From: Mycoplasma mycoides subsp. capri
GTDB lineage: Bacteria; Bacillota_I; Bacilli_A; Mycoplasmatales; Mycoplasmataceae
Length of the DNA stretch: 32,000 nt
NCBI RefSeq assembly: GCF_018389705.1
Contig: NZ_CP065581.1
Location: 690,001-722,000, forward strand
Direction: 5' to 3'
Shown: in pieces, positions 23,044 to 32,000 of the stretch
Position numbering within the stretch: the stretch's first letter is position 1
How the letters are laid out: each line of letters starts with the position of its first letter
Translations under genes and position numbers: made by a program
Notes under the pieces: model-generated
Seen by the model: the letters and a program-made list of their open reading frames with translations, nothing else
What the model was told of the DNA's origin: nothing
The model's database searches: none

Positions 23044-25458
23044 ATGGATAATTATGTTTTTAATAAAGATTACATTTTTTTAAATGTCAATCTTAAAACT
23101 AAACAAGAAGTATTTGAGTTTATTGCATCAAAAGCTAAAGAGTTAAAAATAGTTACTAGTAAAAAAGCATTAATTGATGGGTTTAAATTACGTGAAGCTG
23201 AAAATACAACAGGATTTGAAGATGGTTTTGCTATACCACATCCAAAAGATGTTAAACAAATTAAAAAACCAGCTGTATTTGTTTTAAAATTTACAAATCC
23301 TATTGAATGAAATGCACTAGATAATAAACCTATTGAAATTGCTATAGCATTATTAACTCCACAAACTACTGATGAAAATAACTCACATTTAACTTTATTA
23401 AGTCAAGTTGCTGTTAAACTAACAAATCAAGAGTTTAAAACTGCTTTAAAACAAGCAAAAACTAAAAAGGAAATTTTAAATATTTTAAATTCAGATCAAA
23501 ATATAGAAATTAAAAAAGAAAATAATAATCTAGAAAATACAAAACAATTAAAAATAGTAGCTGTTACTTCATGTACTGTAGGTATTGCTCATACTTATAT
23601 GGCTGAAGAAAAATTACTACAACAAGCTTTAAAACAAAATTATCAAATTAGAGTTGAAACACAAGGTTCAAAAGGAATTGGAACTCCATTAACTAATAAA
23701 GAAATCAAAGAAGCAGATGTTGTTATTATTGCAACTGATACTGCTGTTGATTTAACTAGATTTAATGGTAAAAAAGTATATAAAACTAAAGTATCTAATG
23801 CTATTAAAGATCCAGAAAAAACTATTAATGATGCTTTAAAATTAGCAACTATTCACAATCAAACAAATCAAGAATTTGAAACTAAAAATATCAAAAACCA
23901 AGAAAAAGTTGGAGTTTTACAACACATATTATCTGGTATTTCATATATGGTTCCAATTATTATACTTGGTGGTATTTGTTTAGCTGTTTCACTAGGTTTA
24001 GCAAAAGCTATTTATGGAGCTGATGCAGCACCTAAAGGATTTTTAAAATATCTTGAAGCAATTGGTGGAGCTTCATTTACTTTAATGATTGCAATACTTG
24101 GAGGATTTATAGCAAATTCAATTGCCGGAAGAGCAGCTATAGTTCCTGCTATGGTTGGATCATTTATTGGAAATAACCCAAGTAATTTTGCTAATTGAAT
24201 TCCAGGATTAGGACAAATTCAAACTCCAATGGGGTTTGTTGGAGCTATTATTGCAGGATTAATTGTTGGATATTTTGTAAAATGAGTTAATAGTTGAAAA
24301 GTGCCAAAAACATTAGCTCCAGCTATGCCAATTTTCTTTATTCCATTAGTTGGGGGTATTGGTATTTCATTTATTTTTATATTTGTTTTAGGTGCTCCAA
24401 TTGGATTTATAATGAACCACATTTCATCATGAATCAAAAGTGCTTATATAGGTCAAACTAGTGTATGAATAGGTTTAGCTTTAGGAATTATACTTGGTGC
24501 TATGGCTGGATTTGATATGGGTGGTCCAGTTAATAAAATTGCTTTTGTAACTTGTTCAGCATTAATTACTGAAAAAATTTATGAACCAATGGGAGCAATG
24601 GCTGCTGCTATTCCAGTTGCTCCACTTGGAATGGGATTAACTACTTTATTATTTAAAAAATTCTTTAATTCAACTGAAAGACAACTAGGAGTAGCTGCTT
24701 TAATTATGGGAAGCATAGGAATTTCAGAAGGTGCTATACCATTTGCAATTAGAGACCCAAGACGTGCTATTTTATGTAATGTTGTAGGTTCAGCTGTTGC
24801 TGGTGGAATTGCTGGAAGTTTAAAAGTTCAAGATTTTGCTGCTCATGGTGGACCTATTGTTTGAGTTTTAGGAGCAGTTCCTTATGGAATTCAATCACTA
24901 TACTTCTTTATAGCAGTTTTAATTGGAGTAATTGTTACAAGTTTAATGTATGGATTTTGAATGGTTCAAGAAAGTGGTAAACTTGGTTCTGTTAGAGAAG
25001 CTTATGTTTGAAGTTTAATTCAAACTAAAAAGGCTAAATCAGAATTTATAAATGAAAAGAAACAAGAAATTAAAGATATTAAAAACAATACTAAAAATAA
25101 AAACTTATCTGAAGAACAAATAAATCAAATTCAAAACATTAATGATCAAATAACTAATTATATTAATGAATATAAAACTAAATTAAAACAATTAAAACAA
25201 AGCTATTTAAATCTAAATAAAGAAGAAAAAGCATTTATGAATAATAAAAAATCAGAAATTACTGATTATAAAAAACAAACTCATAGTAAATATAATCAAC
25301 AAATCTCTGATTTAAAACAAAATAATAACTTAGAAACAAAACAACTTCATAAAGAAATTAAAAACTTAAAAACTAAAGAAAAACAAGATATTGTTGACTA
25401 TTCAAAAAACTTGAGAAATCAATTTAGTAATAAGTTTAAAATGATTAATAATTTATAG
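23044..25458 (+). CDS. fruA: Fructose-family PTS transporter subunit EIIABC with C-terminal charged/coiled-coil extension
   Basis: EIIA: GFKLREAENTTGFEDGFAIPHPK; EIIB: VAVTSCTVGIAHTYMAEEKL; EIIC: GGFIANSIAGRAAIVPAMVGSFIGN, ISEGAIPFAIRDPRRAI. Four track ORFs in one frame joined through TGA(Trp). Confidence 0.93.
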
Positions 25459-25465
25459 TAATTAA

Positions 25466-25500
25466 TACAAAAAAGACTTTCTTAGAAAGTCTTTTTTTTA
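25466..25500 (+). terminator. Terminator after the PTS gene
   Basis: AAAAAGACTTTC TTA GAAAGTCTTTTTTT hairpin with poly-T. Confidence 0.85.
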
Positions 25501-25504
25501 AGTT

Positions 25505-26023
25505 TTACTTGATTAGGTTTAATAAATCTCAAATCTTTTGTTCTTCTTTTTCATATAGATCAACAATTTGATCAAAGTCTTTATATAATTTCTCATTTAC
25601 TGATCTATTCTTAGTTTCAAAATCTCTTAAATCTGAATAACTTACTATTTTATGATAAAAACTAGTAATCTTTGTGGCTATTCCTCATAGATAACTATAT
25701 TCAGGTTTTTCTTTTAACTCATTTAATTTATCTGCACGTGGGAATACAAAATCAAAAATTTTCAAACCATATTTTTTAATTAAATTAAAATTTTCTTCTT
25801 TAGATTTTTTTGGATGATAAATATTATCTTCTTTTGGTTTATCACTTTGTAATTCATTTATTTTTTCTTTAGTATTTTCTTTTCCTTCTTTTTTAGAAGA
25901 AAGAAGTTTATCATCTTTCTTTTCAGGAGATTTTTGTTGAGTTTTATCACCACAAGCAATTAATGCAGCACTTGTTGTAGCAACTAAACTAATAGAACCT
26001 AATAATGTTAATAATCGTTTCAT
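25505..26023 (-). CDS. Small lipoprotein, tandem paralog A
   Basis: MKRLLTLLGSISLVATTSAALIAC lipobox; EENFNLIKKYGLKIFDFVFP; extends through TGA(Trp) to TAA at 25505 with ...DQIVDLYEKEEQKIWDLLNLIK*. Confidence 0.85.
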
Positions 26024-26122
26024 ATTTTTCCTTTTGGTTTAGAAATAGTTAAAATGTAGGATTCTCTAAACCGAATTAATAATTTAAAATATAAGGTATT
26101 TTTCTAAATAAAAAGTATGTTT

Positions 26123-26758
26123 TTATTTTGATTGTATTGATTCTAATTGATTTCAAATTGTATCTTTTTCTTTTTGATAATCTGTAACAGTTTTATCAAT
26201 TTGTTCGATAAACTCATCAAATGATTTATATTTCTTTTTTTTATTAAATTTAGTGTCAAACTCTTTCTGAAGATCTTCTATACTAGAGTATTGTGAAATT
26301 TCAGAATAAAAAGAAGTTAATTTACCAGCTAAAGAAGATAATAAATTATTTTTATTATCATTTTTTCACTTTTCTCATTTATCACGCTTGTCAAAAATAA
26401 AATTAGCATGTTTTAAACCATAGTCTTTAGTGAATGAAAAATTTTCTTCTTTGCTTCTTTTAAGCACATATTTTTCTAGTTTTTCTTCTTTTGTTTTTTT
26501 AATATCTTCTTTTTTATATAATTCATTCTTTTCCTTAACTTCTATATCTGTTTTATCTTTTTTAGATTCTTTAATAACACTTTTAATATTATTTTTGTCG
26601 ATATCATTTTTTTGAGTTTTTAAATTATCATTAGATTTGTCACTCTTAAAATTAATTATTTTATCATTAGAGCTCTGTTGAATTTTACAAGCAATAACTA
26701 AAGAGCTACTTGTAGTAATTAATACAACAGATCCTATTAAAGTTATTAATCTTTTCAT
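26123..26758 (-). CDS. Small lipoprotein, tandem paralog B
   Basis: MKRLITLIGSVVLITTSSSLVIAC; EENFSFTKDYGLKHANFIF; ends ...IDKTVTDYQKEKDTIWNQLESIQSK*. Confidence 0.85.
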
Positions 26759-26830
26759 AAATTTTCCTTTAGTTTTTAAAATTTTGTATATATTCTTAAA
26801 AATAAAAAATGCTTTTTTAAATTTATAGTT

Positions 26831-27328
26831 TTAGTTTAAAAGTTTTAAAATTGTGTTTCTTTCTTTTTCATATTCTGTAATAGTTTCTTGTCATTGTGTA
26901 AAAATCTTATTTAAGAATTCACCATATGATATTTTTGGTTGTTTATTTTCAAGTTGAGATTTTAGAGCATTAGTAAATTTATCTAATGTGTCAAATTTAT
27001 TTAACTCTTGATATAGCTGGATCAGATTTGATATCAATTTAAATACTTTACCTAGTTCTGGTTTTTTAACAAGTTCTTCTACTTTATTTTTAGAAGACTC
27101 TAATAAGTTATTTATTTCTAAACCATATTTTTTAATTAAATTAAAATTTGCTTCATTTGTTTTATCTATTTTCTGATTATCTTTTTTCTCAAATGGATTA
27201 GATTTATTTTGATTTTTTATTTCCTTTGTATATGATTGTTTTTGATCTATGCTTTTACACGCTACTGTTGTAATGCTAGTTAAAATAGATAAACTAGTAA
27301 AACTAAACATTATCAATATTTTTTTCAT
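26831..27328 (-). CDS. Small lipoprotein, tandem paralog C
   Basis: MKKILIMFSFTSLSILTSITTVAC; EANFNLIKKYGLEINNLLE; ends ...WQETITEYEKERNTILKLLN*. Confidence 0.85.
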
Positions 27329-27415
27329 ATTAATTCCTTTTTAAAACTTATTATTGTATTTTGTTTGTAAATATAAATTGAAAACTATATTATAAAAATC
27401 TTATAAAATCGTTTA

Positions 27416-27448
27416 AAAAAGACTTCTTATTTTATTGAAGTCTTTTTA
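27416..27448 (-). terminator. Terminator between lipoprotein paralogs D and C
   Basis: AAAAAGACTTC ... GAAGTCTTTTT hairpin, downstream of the gene at 27460-28077 and upstream of paralog C. Confidence 0.7.
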
Positions 27449-27459
27449 TTTAATAAACC

Positions 27460-28077
27460 TTATTTACTAGTTTCTTTTAAAAGCTTTAAAATATTTTCTC
27501 TTTCATTTTCATAATTTTTAACTATTTTGGTTCAATCTTTTTCTAAAGTACTAATAAAATTTGAAAATTCAGACTCTGATTTATTAAATTTTTCTTTTAG
27601 CTTAGATTTAAAAGTATCAAAGTTAGAATAGCTTTTTAGTTCCTCATAGAACTTCAATATTTTTCCAGCTATTGTTAGACCATTTGTATTCTTGGGATCC
27701 TCACTAATTTTTTCTGCTTTATCTTTAGGTAAAGAAGAAAATAATTCAGAAAATTCTTTTCCGTATTTTTTAATTAAATCAAAATTCATTTTGTTATTTT
27801 TTACTAATTCTTTATTATTTTTTCTAGGCAAATCAAATGGTTGGGCATTATGTGGTTGATCACCTTGAGGATGTTCATTAGGTTTTGAATCATTTTCAGA
27901 TTCATTAGTTTTTTCTTTTTGGTTATCATCTGTTGATTCAATAGATTCTTTTTTATCTTCTTGTTCAGTTTCTTTGTTTTTTAATTCTAACTGTTTTATA
28001 TTCTTACAGGCAATAACAGCTGTACTAGTTGTTGTAATTAAAGTAATAGAACCTAAAATAGTTAATAGCTTTTTCAT
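27460..28077 (-). CDS. Small lipoprotein, tandem paralog D
   Basis: MKKLLTILGSITLITTTSTAVIAC; KMNFDLIKKYGKEFSELF; ends ...DWTKIVKNYENERENILKLLKETSK*. Confidence 0.85.
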
Positions 28078-28091
28078 TTAATCTCCTATTT

Positions 28092-28325
28092 TTAATTTTT
28101 ATAATCTAGAGCAACAATATTTGAAATTTTTCAATAAGAACTATTATTATCATTTGTTAATGTTATTTCAAAACGTTTTCCAACTCTTTTATTAATTTCA
28201 TTTTCTGATGTTAAATTTCTAATTAAATAATATTTAATTTCTTTATCATTACTATTTATTAATTTTGTTGTTCAAGAATCTTTTTTATAATAAATACCTG
28301 CTTTTTGATACTCTAAATTTTTAAA
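28092..28325 (-). CDS. Frameshifted (-1) C-terminal continuation of the large membrane-anchored protein
   Basis: Open -1 frame after the T_TTA_AAA heptamer: ...FKNLEYQKAGIYYKKDSWTTKLINSNDKEIKYYLIRNLTSENEINKRVGKRFEITLTNDNNSSYWKISNIVALDYKN*. No start codon of its own; contains TGA(Trp). Confidence 0.6.
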
Positions 28326-31231
28326 ATAGTTTCTTGATTTTGTAAAACAAAGTTTAATATAGCAAAAATTGTAATTACTGATTTTCTATTTTGATTAGCT
28401 AATTCATAATTTGGATCAGTTATATTAATTCCACCAATCAAAGTAGCTAAAGCATAACCAATAGTATTTTTAATATATTGAACTTTATTTAAATCAATTC
28501 CTAATAATAAGTGCAAAGGAGAATATGAAAAGTCATTTTTTATTTGTTCTAAATCAATAGTTCTTTTTATATCATCACCAAGATTTAAAACAATAGATGA
28601 CCAGTTGTAAAACGATTCTTCTTTTCTTCCTTTATCATTTTCATCATTTTTATGATTAAAAGAATCTAAATCATCATATAATGCTTTAAATAAATTCTTA
28701 TTTGTAATTTTTTTATTATCTATATAAGTAATATCAACACTAGCACTTAATGCTTTTAAAATAAATCCAATTGAAGATAAATCAAATGTTAGTGATTTAT
28801 CAGGATTATTTTTTAAAAATTGATTAATATACTTACTTGTAATTTGAAGTAATTCTAATACAGTTAGATCTTTGATGTTTTCTATTTTTAAATGTTTTAA
28901 AAGATTATCTGGTAATTGAATTTTTAAATCTCTTATATCTGTAATGTTTTTAAATAAAGAATCTTTTGAAAGAATTTTTTCAGAATAATTAGTTAAATCT
29001 TTTTTAATTTGTTCAACACTAGTGATTTTTTTATCTTTATCATTTCTTATTAATCTAATAATAGGTAATAAAAGTTCATCATCTTGATCTTTATTATTTT
29101 TTGGAAATAAAAACTCAGCTAGTCTAGTTGTAAAATCATTTATAAAATTAGTATTAGTTTTTGTTTTTGGATATAAATTAGAAATTAGATCATAATTTAA
29201 TTGCATATTTACACTTTGATATTTATCTGGTATGTATTTAATTATTTTTTTAGTATAACTATCAAATTGTTGAATAAATTTCTTAGTATCACTAATAAAT
29301 CCAAAGTCTTTTAAAAGATCTAATATTTTTTGTAAAGGCTCTACTGCTTTTTCAACTTTACTAATAAAAGAACTTAAACCAAACGTATTTAATAAGTTTT
29401 TTAATGTGTCTAATTCATTTGGTAAATTTAAAATTCCATACAACCCTTTAATACTTGCTATTTGTTTTAAACTACCTAAAGATAAATCAATATTTAACAT
29501 TTTTTGATCACTAAATAAGTTATGTCCTATATCTATAAGTTTTGAAATTTCTTCAAAATTATCTTTAAATCCTATATTAGAATCTAAATCTCTATATAAA
29601 ACTGATTTTAAAAAATTAAAACTATCAGAACTAGTAGCTGAAATAGAATTTCCAATTTGTTTAAATAAATCAAAGATTTTAGTAACTAAACCATTTTTTC
29701 CAAAAATATATATATTAGCATCTACATAATAAAATTTTGTTAATCATAAATTAGTATATATTTGAACAGTTAGTTTATTATAATCTTCATTTGTATGAAT
29801 ATATCCAAAATGTACTGAATGAGAAAAACTATTAACTTTACTCTTTAAAACACCAAGAATTGTATTTCTAATTTTTTCTCTTAGTTCATACATATTTTCT
29901 TTAATATAATTTTCTAAACCTTCAATTGCTTCTTTTATTAATTGATTTGTTTTTAATATAGTTTTTTGAATTAAGTTTATAACATCTAAAATAAGACTAC
30001 TTGTTCCTATATTTTGTGGTATTGTTTTATGATCAAAATATATTTTTGTTTTATCTGTTCTTTTAAATAAAAAATCTAATAATCTAGTTGTATATTTTTT
30101 ATCTTCTAAAACTTTACTAAACCCATTAATTAATAAAGAAAGGTCTAATTTATTATTAATTAATGGATCAAATCTTTTATCTTCTATTTTTTGATTTAAT
30201 AACTGACTTGGATTTGAATATTGTTCGTTAATCACATAATACATACTAAAATATAATTCAGATTGAACATATCTAAATAAGTTATCTAGTATTTTTAAAT
30301 AATCAAACTTTAAAAAATAATCTTTTACTTTATTAAAAATAGTTTTAAATTTATCTAATATTTCAATATTTTTTTTATCTTTATTTCATTCTTGTAAAAC
30401 TATATTTTTAACATCACTAATAATAAGATCACTAACATCATCAGCAAAATAATCATTATTATTATCACTATAAGTTTTTTTAGTAAAACTGCTTGTAATT
30501 AAATTAATGTTTTTATTAAATACTTGTTTAATAGTTAAGTCTTTATAAAAACTTTTATCTACATTTTTAGTTGAAAAAATCTTTGATAAAAGCTTAATCA
30601 AAGATTGGTTATTATTAATAAAATCAACAACACTTTTTATAATATTGTTGTTTTTGATCTTATTTAAATGATCTTCATTTTCAAGAGCTTGAGATTGAAA
30701 AAAAGATAAACCTAATGATGCTAAAGAAGGAGAAAAACCATTTAAAAAATCTTCTGAAGATCTAGTTAAAGCAGTAATTTTATCAATATTTTTAGGAGTA
30801 AATTCACCATTTTTTAAATCAGTAATATCAACTAAATTCTTATTATTATCTCTATATTGTAGTTTTAAATCTTTTTCAATTACATCAATTGATTTTCCAA
30901 AATAAGTTCTATAAATATCTGAAACTTTGTTTTTCAAATTAGCATCAGTTTTTTCTGGTTTTCAAATAAAATCTTTTCCAAATTCTTGTTCTAAATATTG
31001 TTCACTTAATTTTTTATTCACATAGTCTTCATTTAAATCTTCAACACTTTTTAAAATTTTACTTTTTGCTAAATAAGAACTAGCATCAATATAACTTTGA
31101 ATTTTGTTTAAATAATTTTGTTTTGATGAATCAACATAAGATCTAATGAAAAATAAAAATCCACTAATAAAAGCAAACATCACTATTAAACTAATTAATC
31201 ACGGTTTTGCTTTTTTAATAGATTTTTTCAT
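28313..31231 (-). CDS. Large membrane-anchored protein, unknown function (zero-frame portion)
   Basis: MKKSIKKAKPWLISLIVMFAFISGFLFFIRSYVDSSKQNYLNKIQ... with N-terminal TM segment. Four track ORFs share one frame joined via TGA(Trp); stop TAG at 28313-28315. Confidence 0.85.
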
Positions 31232-31444
31232 ATTCCCTCTAAAAGTATTTTTGTACTTATTTTATTAAAGAAGAATTGTTAATCAATACTTGATTTTTTA
31301 AAGGTGTAACTATATACTTAAATGGCATTTTTGTTTTTTTGTTTTTTATTATTAAAAAAAATAAATTTGGTATTTATATTTTTAATAAATGCTTATAAAA
31401 TGTAATTAATAGTAAATTTATGAATTTAGATATGGAACAAATAG

Positions 31445-32000
31445 ATGAGTAATTTATTTTTAATGTTTAAGCAAGGCTTAAAATGAATCTTAAAATTTAA
31501 ATTACAACTAATTATTATTATTTTTTTAACTTTTATAGCTTCTAGTATTTTAACAATCTCTTTTACAACTAATAAACGTTTAAAAACTGCTTATGATCAA
31601 ATAGTTAATAATTCTAAAAGTCAGAAATTTGATTCAACTTATCAAATAGTTGTTGGAAATAAAGCAAAACCTGAAAATGGTGATCCTTTATTTATTCCTA
31701 TTTTTGATTTTGTAAATAAAGAGTATACTGGATTTAATGATGAGGGTTTTAATAATTTTAATTTGTATTTTAATAAGTTTTATGGAAAAGAAACTTTATT
31801 AACTAAAGTAATTAGTTCAGATGAATTTAAAAAAATTTGAACTAATCAAAAAAATAAGAATTTATTTTTAAAAGATCAAGAAGATGAACAAGTAGCAAAA
31901 AATCAAGAAGATTTTGATTTTGAAATTAATGATTTATTATTTAGTACAATGATTGATCTATTAAATAAAAATGATCAATCTATAAGTAATACAGTTATTA
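31445..32000 (+). CDS. N-terminus of a large permease-like membrane protein (FtsX-type ABC permease candidate), truncated by window end
   Basis: MSNLFLMFKQGLKWILKFKLQLIIIIFLTFIASSILTISFTTNKRLKTAYDQIVNN...: TM segment followed by a long extracytoplasmic region, as in mollicute FtsX-like permeases. Open to the window edge with TGA(Trp). Confidence 0.55.

Noticed and set aside
24219-24437. Minus-strand ORF 72 aa
   Set aside because: Antisense to the EIIC domain of the PTS gene.
26430-26615. Plus-strand ORF 61 aa (Ser/Phe-rich)
   Set aside because: Antisense of the Lys/Glu-rich linker of lipoprotein B; composition explained by that.
23-30937. Many ORFs in the track look broken into 2-4 pieces (nusA, truB, aspS, lepA, proS, PTS, lipoproteins)
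   Set aside because: The pieces share one frame and are separated only by TGA, read as Trp in mollicutes (code 4). They are intact genes, except for the two real frame changes at ~8215 and ~28319.
1-32000. CRISPR array, insertion sequence, restriction-modification or toxin-antitoxin island
   Set aside because: No regularly spaced direct repeats, transposase motifs or methyltransferase motifs were found. The only toxin-like hint is the weak DarT-like motif at 21367-22047, with no antitoxin partner here.

Overview
AT-rich mollicute chromosome segment. It reads as the Mycoplasma mycoides/capricolum group, inferred from gene content and heavy in-frame use of TGA as Trp; most ORF-track fragments join into full genes once TGA is read as Trp. 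Left part: a nitroreductase-like 3' end, then the rimP-nusA-ylxR-ylxQ(L7Ae)-infB operon. Next come tRNA-Gly, rpsO and two tandem surface proteins with an S41-peptidase-like domain, the first frameshifted. The middle holds ribF (FAD synthetase domain only), truB, rbfA, hisS, aspS, lepA, a degenerate alpha/beta hydrolase, an RNase H with an N-terminal viroplasmin-like region, proS, an uncharacterised protein with a possible ADP-ribosyltransferase-like motif, and tRNA-Ser. The right third is the most accessory: a small membrane protein with a 15-nt homopolymer at its putative promoter, a fructose-type PTS EIIABC with a long charged C-terminal extension, four tandem paralogous small lipoproteins, a ~1050-aa membrane-anchored protein whose last ~75 codons lie in the -1 frame behind a T_TTA_AAA heptamer, and the start of a divergent permease-like gene. 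No CRISPR array, transposon or clear defence island was seen. The best leads are the two frameshifts, the poly-A/T tract, the tandem lipoprotein family, the PTS extension and the DarT-like protein. All product calls are from reading translated motifs, not from database searches.
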